Part shown: piece after piece, positions 14,503 to 27,482 of the stretch
How the letters are laid out: each line of letters starts with the position of its first letter
Numbering within the stretch: the stretch's first letter is position 1
From: Schmidtea polychroa
Taxonomy: Eukaryota
Reading direction: 5' to 3'
Length of the DNA: 64,000 nucleotides
NCBI GenBank assembly: GCA_044892525.1
Contig: CM097885.1
Span: 5,520,001-5,584,000 of the forward strand
Made by a program: the position numbers and the translations under genes
Notes under the pieces: model-generated
Told to the model about the DNA's origin: nothing
What the model saw: the letters and a program-made list of their open reading frames with translations, nothing else
Database searches by the model: none

Positions 14503-14795
14503 CGCAAATAATGATTAAAATGAAATGTTACAGGGTTTATATACCTTTGACTCATGCCTATCAACCAATCAGATTATAGCATGTCTTTGTTTAAATTGCA
14601 TGTCATTTGCATTAATGTTGCATTAATGTTTTTATTATTATAAATATTGTTTTTATTATTATTATTTCTAATATTGTTATTACTATTATTATTTATATTT
14701 TTAATATTATTACTATTATTACTATTTCTATTACTATTATCATTTCTATTTCTATTATTTCGATTTACAAAAACAAAACAATTCACCATAAAAAT

Positions 14796-15202
14796 TTATT
14801 TTGATACAATCTGACTCGAGTGGTGATTTCTCAGAGTCTTCACCAAACACCATTCAACATATTGTTGATAACGGAAATTGCAGCAGCTACATCCGAAAAT
14901 GCAAGGAGCCTCTGGTTTCATTTCTTTCATCACCCTTCCTATCTTGACATCCCATAGAAAGGTGTTTATTATATCGAATATCCAGATTCGTGTTTGGTTG
15001 TATACCAAATCCGGAATGATAGCTGGATCTCTATCTTGTAGAATTTCATTTAATTCTGGATAATAGAAGCATAATCTTTGCAGGATAATTGATTGATATT
15101 CATCTGTAAAAATATATATTAATGTAATAATAAAAATTTGAAATTACCATAATTTGCATGCTCTTTCATTGAGGTGATTGCGGAACTTTGTATGTTGTAC
15201 AT
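14796..15202 (-). CDS. Spliced Cys-rich Polinton accessory protein, 120 aa, unknown function
   Basis: ATG at 15202; 44-nt GT-AG intron 15147-15104 joins MYNIQSSAITSMKEHANY to DEYQSIILQRLCF...PCIFGCSCCNF...IVSK*. Confidence 0.7.
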
Positions 15203-15277
15203 TTTTGTTGAATAAATGATTTCAAAACAGAAAACATATTGTTTAAAACAATCATTAACCAATTAGAAATTAACCAA

Positions 15278-15715
15278 TTAGAAATTGACCAATGAAATTA
15301 TCTCATTTCGAACATTGTCAACAAATTCCCTATACTCCAAATTTCTCAACCCCAGCATGACAACCTTTCCACTAGCAAACACGTTGACATATATAGGGTT
15401 ATATTTTATTAGTCTTAGTGCGGGAAAAAATTCCGGTTCAAACATACAATCACATTTTTTCGACATGTTATATAGATTGATACTATGTCCCATATCCATA
15501 GTAATGGTAATTGATTGGATTTTAATATTATTTATTCGATATTGTAATTTATTAATATCCAAGGGTTTCTTACATCCCATGATTCTACATTTACCAGTCT
15601 TGAAAAATATTATCGGGTATTTCCCGCTTCTATCGATAATTTGCTGAGGTTTCCCTGGTGGGAACCTCATATTCGATACATCAAAATTTCCTCGATAATT
15701 TATATTTGCTAACAT
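15278..15715 (-). CDS. TATA-binding-protein (TBP) fold homologue, 145 aa
   Basis: Two TBP repeats: IIFFKTGKCRIMGCK and MFEPEFFPALRLIKYNPIYVNVFASGKVVMLG (compare TBP YEPELFPGL...LIFVSGKVVLTG). Confidence 0.85.
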   Translation of the reverse strand: MLANINYRGNFDVSNMRFPPGKPQQIIDRSGKYPIIFFKTGKCRIMGCKKPLDINKLQYRINNIKIQSITITMDMGHSINLYNMSKKCDCMFEPEFFPALRLIKYNPIYVNVFASGKVVMLGLRNLEYREFVDNVRNEIISLVNF

Positions 15716-15814
15716 TATTAAATCATTTATGAAAGTTAGTCTTTATATACAAATTGATCACGAGTTCATTAAATCATCGAATATAAACAAATACACATTT
15801 ATAAAATTTTTGAA
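15716..15814. promoter_or_regulatory. Candidate divergent promoter between the TBP-like gene and the structural-gene block
   Basis: ~100-bp head-to-head gap; TATA-like boxes on both strands (CTTTATATAC; ATATAAA; TTTATAAAA). Confidence 0.45.
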
Positions 15815-16441
15815 ATGGAATTAAGAAATGATGCAGTATACCAAATCGTTGGTCCGAGTGGTAGTGGAAAAACATTATTTGTTTGTAAATTACTAAAATC
15901 AAATTTATTCAAATCAAAATTCAACAGGATTTATTGGCATAGGGGTGCTGATGAAGAACATGGATTAACTCAATCAAGTTTCTGTAAATTAAAAAACATG
16001 AAAATAGTAAAGGGATTCGATAAAAACTGGTCCAGCCGATTAAAGAAAGGTGATGTCATTATTATCGATGATTTGTATCAAGAAGATAATAAAGAAAAAG
16101 ATTTTAATAATTTATTTACTAAAATCAGCAGACATGTTGGTGTAACAGTAATTTTCATTACACAAAATCTATTTCATCAAGGTGGTGCACATCGAACACG
16201 TAATTTAAATGTACAATATTTAGTTATTTTCAAGAATCCTAGAGATGCAACAGTGATTGATTTTCTTGCACGTCAAGCATACCCTAACAATCGTAATTTT
16301 CTTATCAGTGCATTTCAAGATGCTACAAAATTACCCCATGGATATATATTTCTTGATTTCACACAACAATGTCCCGATGATTTACGAGTAAAAACAGATA
16401 TTTTCAACCCAAAAGATGTCATGGTTTATAAACAAACTTGA
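15815..16441 (+). CDS. A32-like (FtsK/HerA) DNA packaging ATPase
   Basis: Walker A IVGPSGSGKT, Walker B VIIIDD, SRHVGVTVIFITQN motif. Confidence 0.92.
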   Translation: MELRNDAVYQIVGPSGSGKTLFVCKLLKSNLFKSKFNRIYWHRGADEEHGLTQSSFCKLKNMKIVKGFDKNWSSRLKKGDVIIIDDLYQEDNKEKDFNNLFTKISRHVGVTVIFITQNLFHQGGAHRTRNLNVQYLVIFKNPRDATVIDFLARQAYPNNRNFLISAFQDATKLPHGYIFLDFTQQCPDDLRVKTDIFNPKDVMVYKQT

Positions 16442-16456
16442 AAACCTCTATGAATA

Positions 16457-17005
16457 ATGATGTTTTTAAAAGCAAGGGTGAAAAATATTAGGAAATTAAG
16501 AAAAAGTATTAAAAAGAGTATTAAAGTTCCAACAGTTCCACCAACAACTAGTTATACACCATCTAAAAAACTTGTTACTGAAAATTTTTCTGCAATGAAT
16601 CTTATTTCGAAAAATCCTAAACCTAAACGTAAATCCAGTAAACGTAAAACCCGTAAACGTAAAATCAGTAAAAAAGTAGTTAAAAATCATCGCAGTTTTC
16701 CATTTTTTAATGCATTGTTAAAGGCCCCGAGTATGAAAAGAATGAATATATTGCAATCATTCCCAAATTTTGTTGTCGATGATTTACTCAATATTATACT
16801 TAAAGTAGTCAAAGGCAAAATTAAAATCAGTAAATCAAAAAAGCATTTATTGAGCAAACATAGGAAACCATTGTTATCTTTAGTAAATAATAAAAATCGT
16901 AAGCAAATGAGGAAAATTATATATAAACAACAAGGTGGATTTATTGGTTCATTGATACCTCTGGCATTATCATTATTAGGTGGAGTTGTAGGAAATCAAT
17001 CATAA
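16457..17005 (+). CDS. Basic core/DNA-condensing-like virion protein with adenain-type Gly-Gly sites
   Basis: Very K/R-rich; C-terminal QQGG|FIGSLIPLALSLLGG amphipathic segment of the kind seen in Polinton core proteins. Confidence 0.7.
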   Translation: MMFLKARVKNIRKLRKSIKKSIKVPTVPPTTSYTPSKKLVTENFSAMNLISKNPKPKRKSSKRKTRKRKISKKVVKNHRSFPFFNALLKAPSMKRMNILQSFPNFVVDDLLNIILKVVKGKIKISKSKKHLLSKHRKPLLSLVNNKNRKQMRKIIYKQQGGFIGSLIPLALSLLGGVVGNQS

Positions 17006-17066
17006 ACAATGGGTGCTAATCCTTCATTGCCCGACATTAAATTTAATTTTAAATCTTCTTGCTGGA

Positions 17067-18191
<1,125 letters not shown>

Positions 18192-19196
18192 ATTTTTATA
18201 CTATTTTACCGAGCAATAGTTGCCCATTAATTCATCCAGACAATCAAGCCAGTAAATTTATGGTCAATCTCCAGAATCCGATTTCTTTAAATGGTGACTG
18301 GGAAGTTGCACTGCAAGATTTTACATTCGTGTACAACACATTCCCATTTTATAGTCAATGTAAGATTGATTTCAAAAGGAATATTATGAAAACATGTAGC
18401 GGTATCTTTATTATTAGTAATTATGATAAAACATATCATATTCCGAACCAAATATTAGATTCGCATTGCTATATATTTAACAAGGATGGATTATATATCA
18501 GTTGTGATTTTAAACCATTTACAATAACATTCGAAACTATTGAAGATGCCAAACGAATGGGTTGCAATAAGTTGAAAAATATTGTTACGGAGACGGAGTA
18601 TTTATTACGTTTTAATCTATTTGAAGCAAACAGTATAGTGAAAGAAGAAATCAAAATATCTCTGTCGTATAATGATGAAGTTGAAGAATCATTTACCTTT
18701 TCTGATGAATTATATTTTGATAAACTTGATGTATTACTTAAATATTTGAAGTTCAATTGTTCACACATATTTAAAAATTTGGAAATTGTGAAAGACTTGA
18801 TGTTTACCTTCAGTTTGAATGATGATATTTGCGAAGTTACATTTGATAAAAATTTGGCAAATTCACTTGGATTAGATAAGCAAAAATATCGAGAAAAATC
18901 GACTGGTATACGCAAACCAAGAATACTAGAACATCATCAACAAATGTTCATATATACTAACATTATCGAACCCATAATTGTTGGTGATTCCAGTGTTCCT
19001 CTTTTGAAATCGGTATGGATTGGCAAATATGAACATGATGAAGTTGTCAATATAAATATCGATAATCCCATGTATTTACCAATAGCAAGTTCATGTATAA
19101 ACAATATAGAAATAAATATTCGTGATGATAGTGGAAAACTTATAAACTTTCCAAAAGGTTCAAAAACTCATTTGACATTACATTTTCGTAAAGTAG

Positions 19197-19613
19197 ATGG
19201 CAAATTCTGATATTATTAGTATGTATAGTGGTAGCCAATCTGGCGGTGAATTACCATATTTTATTGGTAAACAGTACGGATCGGGATGGTTGAGAACAAT
19301 TGGTAGATTTGCATTGCCTATTCTTAAACGTATTGGTAGTTTTGGTATGAAAACTGCAAAAGATGTTATTATGAATGAACAGAAAATATTACCATCTCTA
19401 AAAACAAATGCTTTAGCAGAATTAGGGAAAGTTTTACCAGGGGTTGCAGGTATGTTTCAAAAAGATACGCCTCCAGCTCCAGCTCCAAAACGTAAAAGAC
19501 ATGGAATATCACGTATAAACAAACGAATGAAAGGACATGGAACTATATTTGCAAATAGATTTGTGGTAAATCTGAATTATGTATATTTGATAGACCGTCG
19601 CCCCAGGCTGTAA
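19197..19613 (+). CDS. Small Polinton virion protein with QxGG/QxGxG sites and an amphipathic helix
   Basis: SQSGGELPYF...KQYGSGWLRTIGRFALPILKRIG; basic tail; lies between mCP and MCP. Confidence 0.7.
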   Translation: MANSDIISMYSGSQSGGELPYFIGKQYGSGWLRTIGRFALPILKRIGSFGMKTAKDVIMNEQKILPSLKTNALAELGKVLPGVAGMFQKDTPPAPAPKRKRHGISRINKRMKGHGTIFANRFVVNLNYVYLIDRRPRL

Positions 19614-20776
19614 TAGAATTTGGGGCATTTGAGGAAGTTTTTCCTATGAATTCAATTACCGATAGTAGAAATGATATAGAGTTTTATATTAATGGTTCGC
19701 AAACCGAATATTTAGATTTGAACGATACTTTATTGACTGTTCAGATTAAGGTTGTAGATAAAGATAGAAAAGTTTTGGATGCCAATGCAGATGTAATACC
19801 GAACAATTTCCTGTTTCATACTCTTTTTAAAGATGCAGTGTTGGGATTTAATAATATCAAGATTGAGGGCGGAAATAATACATTCATTCACAAGGCATTA
19901 ATAGAAACTATTTTAAATTACAATTCTGATACTAAAAATACATGTCTTACTCCTATGGGTTATGGTAGTGATGATGAAAGAAAAAAGTGGGTAAAAGGCT
20001 CAAAGGTTTTCACCATGTGCTCATCATTACAACTTGATTTTATGGATCAACCGAAATATTTACTACCGGGAGTTAATGTACATATTAGACTGAAAAGGTC
20101 TGATTCTGCATTATCTCTTACTAGTGCAACTGGTGCACCAATATGTCAATTAGTTGATGCAAAATTATTGGTGAGAAGAGTACGAGTAGACCCCTCAGTA
20201 TTAGCAGGTCATCAATTGGGTCTTAATTCAAAACATGCAATTTATCCATTAAAAACAAAGGAAATTGTACAATTTGCTATTGCTAAAGGTGCTTCATCTT
20301 TCTATAAAGAACAAATATTTGGTGACCGAAGAATGCCTAATTTTATTCTGATAACATTTCAAAGTGAAGCACAATATAATGGATCATATACTGCGTCCAG
20401 CTCAATTTTCAAAAACTTTGGTGTTACATCATTGACTTTGTCGAAAAATACTGATTATAGAGAAACATATATTCAAGATTTCGAGAATGACAATTACTGT
20501 GCGACATATATGCAGAGTATTGTTAGAAATCTGGGTTATTTAGATAAATTGTTGAATTGCGGAATAACTCTAGAAGATTTTAAAAGCAAATACCCATTTT
20601 TTACATTTGTTTTAGCCCCTGATTTTGATTTAAATCAAAGTCAATTACCTCAAAATGGAAATTTACGACTGGATATAAAGTTTGCAAAAGCTATTACTGA
20701 GCCAGTACATGTTATAATATATGGAGTATTTGAAAATGAAGTTCAAATTACTGCAAATAGAACAGTGTTGGTATAA
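19568..20776 (+). CDS. Major capsid protein (double jelly roll)
   Basis: In-frame KSELCIFDRPSPQAVIE upstream of the first ATG (19646); IEFYINGSQTEYLDLNDTLL, QPKYLLPGVNVHIRLKR, GNLRLDIKFAKA motifs. Confidence 0.9.
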   Translation, partial: KSELCIFDRPSPQAVIEFGAFEEVFPMNSITDSRNDIEFYINGSQTEYLDLNDTLLTVQIKVVDKDRKVLDANADVIPNNFLFHTLFKDAVLGFNNIKIEGGNNTFIHKALIETILNYNSDTKNTCLTPMGYGSDDERKKWVKGSKVFTMCSSLQLDFMDQPKYLLPGVNVHIRLKRSDSALSLTSATGAPICQLVDAKLLVRRVRVDPSVLAGHQLGLNSKHAIYPLKTKEIVQFAIAKGASSFYKEQIFGDRRMPNFILITFQSEAQYNGSYTASSSIFKNFGVTSLTLSKNTDYRETYIQDFENDNYCATYMQSIVRNLGYLDKLLNCGITLEDFKSKYPFFTFVLAPDFDLNQSQLPQNGNLRLDIKFAKAITEPVHVIIYGVFENEVQITANRTVLV

Positions 20777-20855
20777 ATGTATACAGAAACACAAAAAGTT
20801 GTCATGGAGTAAGTAGTTTTTTATACTCTGGATTTATTTAAGTAGTTCTGTTCAG

Positions 20856-21188
20856 GTCAATAAAATCGGAAAACAGATATTGGGAAATGAATTTGTTGGA
20901 GTTTTTCCTCTTGATAAAATTCCATATTTGAGCAATAATCAAGCAATAATCGTCAATACTCAATCGTCTCATCTTGGTGGAGAACATTGGATAGCTATAT
21001 ATATGAAACCTGGTAATATATTCGTGTTCGATCCTATGGGTTTTTATTACCCAGCTTTGTTGATATCAAAACTACAAACAATGGGAAAACCTATTGTGTA
21101 TAATAAAACTATGTTTCAAAATCCTCTGACTCAAACATGTGGTCAACATTGTTTAGCTTGGTTATTGTACAAAAAATTTGATGTTTAA
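20856..21188 (+). CDS. Adenain-like cysteine maturation protease
   Basis: FVGVFPLD, IIVNT...GEHW (His), FDPMG (Asp), Q...TCGQHC (Gln, Cys); start probably near ATG 20777 but that junction is unresolved. Confidence 0.88.
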   Translation, partial: VNKIGKQILGNEFVGVFPLDKIPYLSNNQAIIVNTQSSHLGGEHWIAIYMKPGNIFVFDPMGFYYPALLISKLQTMGKPIVYNKTMFQNPLTQTCGQHCLAWLLYKKFDV

Positions 21189-21244
21189 TAAAATTTGATA
21201 TTTAATAAATGTATCCTTTGTTCTTGTGATTATTATTATTATTA

Positions 21245-21315
<71 letters not shown>

Positions 21316-22473
21316 ATTATTTAGAAAAATATTATTATTTTTAATTAATTTTATTATTATTCACATAAATATTATTAATTCAACATAAAGACCACCTATG
21401 CCTGAAGCATGCACAGTGCAAGTTAACAAAGGCATGACTAACAAAGGCAGTCACATGTAATTTCTGAGTGATTTACATTACATACATGCATGCGTGTGAT
21501 TGGTTGAGAGAGTAAAATATTCAGTGTCTATGTGTGTGTGCCTAAACTCTCATTGGCTGGGACAGGAAAATATTCATTCTCTTTATAAACATTGACAAAT
21601 CTCAAATTTGTCACAATTATTTTAAAATTTTTCAACAACAAACCATTTAAAATTTTTCAACAACAAACCAAAATGTCGAACAATATTTTTCGAGGACTTT
21701 TGTCAACTGGTAAATTATTATTTTTATTATTATTCTATTTTTATTTATTTTTTATTTAGATTCTTTTGACTGGTTAGAAGTAACCGAGGATGAGCCGTTA
21801 TTGAATGTGGATCGAATTTTTGGTAAATTTATTATTCTCATTTTTATGAAATTAATTTGTTTTTTAGAACCGATTACAATTAGCGACGACGATGATGTCG
21901 TGTTTATTGGGCAAACTGATGCCCCTAATGTAAGAGAAAATGATGCTGAAAGTAAATTTATTTTATATTTTGTATATTATTTTTAAAAAATTAAACAATT
22001 TTCGTAATCACTTTTTAAACATTTGCATAAAAATTTTTGTAATGTTATTAAATGTTAATTAATTATGATGATAAGAAGAATATGATGAAAAATGATGATA
22101 TGAAGAAAAATGAAGATATGAAGAAAATGATGATATGACGAATAAGATGATATGAAGAAAATGATGACGAAAATAAAAATGATTATGAAAATGCCGAAAA
22201 TAATGAAAATAACAAAAATTATGATGATGAAAATATGATGAAAATATGACGAAAATTATGAAAATTATGAAAATATGAAGAAAATGATGAAAATATGACG
22301 AAAATGAAGAAAATGATGAAAATGACGAAAATGACGAAAATTATGAAATTATTATTAAGAAAATACTACGTTTCTGAAAAATAATGAAATTATTATACAA
22401 TGTTAAAAAGTGATTACGAAACTATAGTTATAAATATTCCTTGTAGTTTTCAATGTGCATCTACAATAGTTAA

Positions 22474-22579
<106 letters not shown>

Positions 22580-23069
22580 TTTTACATCATTTAATGTAGT
22601 CTGCAGTGAGCATGCAGCTACATATATCTCTAATAATAATATTTTACATCATTTAATGTAGTCTGCAGTGAGCATGCAGCTACATATATCTCTAATAATA
22701 ATAATAATGATGATGATAATAATAATAATAACCTTTTATTCTACATTATCTTATAATAATATACTAAATTTTATTAATTGTTAATAATTAATCCGTTTTA
22801 TAATTATTATATAATAAAAACGGATTAACTACTAAAAATTGGTAATAAATATTTAGAAAAATATTCAAATAATATTTAAGGATTTATCATTATTAGGTAA
22901 ATTATATCCACGATACTGCCAGGCTTCTGGGCATTCAAAATCTTGTCATAAGACAATGAAAAAATATTATGGCCATAAATTCTATGGACTCAAATACTAT
23001 TTATGTCCATCATGCCAGACTTCCCAACATATAAAATATACTGATTTTTACAAAACCCATAGTAACCAT

Positions 23070-23468
23070 CAGTGCTCGAAGTGAGGCGGGATAGCCGGGA
23101 TATTATCCCGGCATTGATTATGTAGGCGGAATTGCATCCCGGCACTTCATTTCATATAATCTATAGGTTTATCCCGGTACTTATTTCATTTTATAGGCAC
23201 ACAAATACTGCAATTAAGGTCACACATAGTACATCCATATATGTATGTATATATATATTCTTTATTCTCTATTCTCTATTCAATTAAGAATTTCCCAAGC
23301 AGCAGTAATGGATAGGTAGGTATATTCTGAAACTTATGATTAAATGGGTGGACACCCTCCCCAAAGTTTTGCAACACCCCCAACTGAAAATTTCTGCATA
23401 AAAGCCTGGAATCCCGGGTGCCACAGCATGCCTATCCCGGCACATATTTTGTTCCACTTCGAGCACTG
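23070..23468. mobile_element. hAT MITE, 399 bp
   Basis: Perfect 14-bp TIR CAGTGCTCGAAGTG / CACTTCGAGCACTG; 8-bp TSD GTAACCAT. Confidence 0.92.
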
Positions 23469-23519
23469 GTAACCATCTTAATCAGTTTTTTATAAAGAAA
23501 CTTACTCTCTTTAAACGGA

Positions 23520-23890
23520 TAAATAAAAATGCAAATAAAAATGTAAATAATGATGCGATTAGCGCAGAACATAAAAATTTAAATAAAACTGTAAATAAAA
23601 ATGTAAATAAAAATGCAAATAAAAATATAAAAAATGATGCGATTAGCGCAAAACATAAAAATTTAAATAAAACTGTAAATAAAACTGTAAATAATGATGC
23701 GATTAGTGCAGAACATAAAACTGTAAATAAAAATGTAAATAAAACTGTAAATAATGATGCGATTAGCGCAGAACATAAAACTGTAAATAAAAATGTAAAT
23801 AAAACTGTAAATAATGATGCGATTAGCGCAGAACATATAATTAAAAATGTAAATAATAATCTAAATAAAAATGTAAATAAAAATGTCAAT
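23520..23890 (+). repeat. Coding minisatellite: 12-bp units inside ~60-bp units (NDAISAEHKTVNKNVNKTVN x5)
   Basis: Five ATGATGCGATTAG(C/T)GCA cores separated by AAATAAAA(C/A)TGT units; all keep the reading frame. Confidence 0.85.
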
Positions 23891-24058
23891 AATAAACGGC
23901 CTGCTGTTATTCAAGATTCTTGTATACCATCTAAAGTTATTAAAGTTAATGGTGGTGATGAAATAAATATTCAAATTAATAAGCCAATAGGTGGGTCAAT
24001 ACACGGTTCAGTCGATATAGATGACGAACCTAATAATAATTATATATCATTTAACAAG

Positions 24059-24592
24059 GTCTTGGGAAAATGTTAATAACTTTGTCAATATTAAAGATGG
24101 TGATGACAACAATAGTTCATTTGAAAGGTCTTGCACCAAGCTTCAAAATAAGCTATCGATCGATGAAATAAGTTGATGGGAACGATAACTTTTGGCAGGC
24201 CAAATAGTAGGTCACCGCGAGTACAAAGACATTAGAAATAATAATATTTTTAAAAATAATAATAATAAATTTATATCATTGATGAGTCATATGTCTTTGT
24301 TCTAAAGTCGACCTTGAATGCTTGATGAGTCATATGTCTTTGTTCTCAAGTCGACCTTGAATGCTTGATGAGTCATATGTCTTTGTTCTCAAGTCGACCT
24401 TGAATGCTTGATGAGTCATATGTCTTTGTTCTCAAGTTGACCTTGAATGCTTGATGAGTCATCAGATGAGTCATATGTCTTTGTTCTCAAGTTGAAAAAA
24501 AAAATTTTTTTAATTTTTCCGGCGGGGGGGTGGGGTAAAAAATGTCTTTGTGCTGGCGGTGACCTGTTTTCGCGGTGACCAATCTATCTACT
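24059..24592. repeat. Right TIR of the Polinton (534 bp) with a 43-bp tandem array
   Basis: Reverse complement of the left TIR; units GATGAGTCATATGTCTTTGTTCTCAAGTCGACCTTGAATGCTT at 24281, 24324, 24367, 24410, partial copies at 24453 and 24465. Confidence 0.9.
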
Positions 24593-25198
24593 TTCTATCT
24601 ATTTTTCCGTGTCAACTTTTAACATTGCTAGATTTCATTTTCTTTTCATAACATAATTAACATAAAATAACATAAATAATATAAAATAACATAAAATAAT
24701 GTAAATAAGAATAGTGCACGCATTACACATTGCAATAATTAATAACGTCCCTGAATTGGGGAGGGGTGTCCGTTACATAAAAATAGGTTTAAAATAAATC
24801 AAAAAACTTTTTTTTGAAAATATGTACTCTGTATTTAGATATAAATAAAAAATATAAAACAGAAACAAAATTCTATTTAATTATCTTCGGACACTCGCCA
24901 TGAAGGGACGTTGCTGTTTGATATCGACGGGCTTACTTTCGGTAATCCTGCTTTAAAAAAGGAATTAAGTTTTGTTTGTATTTTTTAAGTACACTAAATG
25001 CGTTAATTCATTTCGAGTAAACAAGTAGAAATGCTGTAGAGTTGCGCGAATCTCCGCCAGCGTGGCTAACAGCAACGTACTGAGTCGAAAACTACGTGTT
25101 ATTATATTAAAGAATCCTTTCAGTTATATCGATGTTTTACTGTATTAGCACTATTTGATTATTATTATTACTATTATTATCATTATCATTATTATTAA

Positions 25199-25432
<234 letters not shown>

Positions 25433-25459
25433 ATAATCAAAAAAACGTGGCAATGATTT

Positions 25460-27482
25460 AATAATAGAGAAACGCCAACTCAATAACATCAACATAAACG
25501 CGATATATTTCAATTGTACAACAATCTTCGTCAGGCCGCAATCTGGATAATCAATAATAAGACATAAAATATGCAATATCTAAACAAATTAACTAATAAT
25601 AATCATCTCCAAACTGTATCAAAAATTTTAAAAAAAAAATATTTCAAAAAAAACATTTTAAAAAACCAAACCATATTTTACATAACCCACATACATATTA
25701 TTTTAAAATTAAATTTTAATTTAATCACATTTAACATTCAACATAAAATTAACAAATTTTAAAAAAAAATTACATAGTTTACAAAACACAAACATAATTA
25801 TACCACAAACAAGACTCCCAACCTTCATCCTTCAATTACTTAAACACATTCAAAATCTCCGTGGAACGGGCAACTTGATCATTTATTTTTGGATTTAAAT
25901 ATCTAATCAACAATGCCTCACAAGTTACTCGTTCCCAATAATTACTTAAACCTTTTGAAATAATTTTAAAATCAGAGATACCTATTTTTTTACTGACACA
26001 TTTCCTAACATGATTACTAATATTAGTCAATCCTTTTGGTCGACAGTGTTCAAGAACTCGGGTGCAGAGATGACGGGCAGTCTCTCCAATGTATATGGCA
26101 TTACACCCATTACATGAAAATTGATACACAAGCTCAGAACACAAACCAATTGGCGTTGGACATTTACTAGTAAACATACTGCTAACTTTGCAAGAAGTGG
26201 AAACAATCCTGAATTGATCCTTGTCTACATATTTGAGAATTTTATGTTTAAATTCTCTGAAACCCTCCGAATAAGGCAATACTAACACATATTTCGGCTC
26301 CATGCGATTGGATCGATTCTTGTCACTTTCCGAATTTAACATAGTACTTTCCTCAGGATCAATAGGTACCTCAGATTCAGACGTACGCATACCAACGTTA
26401 TCAGATTTAAACATTAACTTATCCACAGTCACTTTTGTCATTTTCTCAAGAAAAGATTTAGAGTAGCCATTTTTAAGTAACAACTCAACCAATACATCAA
26501 TACTTTTTACTGAATTAGCAAACGTGGAGGATAGTGACCAAGCACGAAACACTAATCCTCTCACCATATTCCTTTTATATTTAAACTCACAAAAACTATC
26601 AGGCGTTGTATATAAACCAGTATCCGTCGACTTTCTATATATTTCAGTCTCATAATGTTTCGATTTGCGTTGAATGAGTAAATCTAAAAACGCAATCGAT
26701 GACCCTTTTTCTTCCTCACATGTGAATTTAATATTCTTATGCAAATCATTCATAAAATATAAAAACGGCATTACATGTTCACGACTCTCAAACACCAAAA
26801 AAATATCATCCACATACCGTTTGTACACTAGGTTTAACAAGATGGCATGAAGACATTTTCTTTTCCAAACTAGACATAAAAATAGAAGCCATAGTTGGGG
26901 CTAATGGAGAACCCATAGCAACACCATCCACTTGTTTATACGATTCATTATTAAACAAAAAGTTAACATTCGACGTTGAAAATTCAAGCAATTTGCGAAA
27001 AGCAAATTTATCTACATTCTTATGTTCAGACTCATTATTATTCCACATTTCACAACATAAATCAATCGTTTCCGCCAATGGAACATTAGTAAAAAGACTA
27101 CACACATCAAACGAAACCATCACTTCATCATCAGAACTTTTCTTCAGTGCAGCAATGAATGAAGCAAATTCAAAGCTATCCTTACATTCGAACTCAGACA
27201 CCATTAACGGTTTTAATAACCCATCCAAAAATTTGGCAATTTTATATTGAGCGGTTCCTACCATCGATGTACTTTTGGAAGACCATAAAGCTTTGCGGGT
27301 TGAGATCCTTTCGGTTTTAGGAATTTCACCAAATCTATATCAATATTTTTATCATCCGACAATTTGTTTAACATTTTTATCAAAGTTAGTTCATCTTTCA
27401 GAGGAGGCAACTTCCCATTTTTTCGACAACTACCATCTTTAACAAACTGTGGAGATGACAAAACATCGTTCAATTTATTCAC
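25460..27482 (-). mobile_element. Penelope-like retroelement (RT + GIY-YIG), 5'-truncated and frameshifted
   Basis: LYGLPKVH, FDVCSLFTNVP, GVAMGSPLAP, YKRYVDDIF, LVYQFSCNGCNAIYIGETAR. Confidence 0.92.

Noticed and set aside
14574..14789. Asn-rich 71-aa ORF in the Polinton
   Set aside because: Degenerate (AAT)n tract in an intergenic promoter region; no ATG start
20777..20855. First exon of the protease spliced at GA|GTAAGT to TTCAG|
   Set aside because: Donor (phase 2) and acceptor (phase 0) do not restore the frame; the start is left unresolved
22060..22360. GATGAAAAT-rich tract as a pPolB remnant or acidic exon
   Set aside because: Low-complexity repeat with frequent stops and no polymerase motifs
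23482..23889. Hydrophobic 135-aa minus-strand ORF as a membrane protein
   Set aside because: Antisense shadow of the Asn/Lys-rich repeat; the plus frame continues into unique sequence on both sides
24281..24495. 43-bp repeats as a CRISPR array
   Set aside because: Units are head-to-tail with no unique spacers, there are no cas genes, and the context is a eukaryotic TIR
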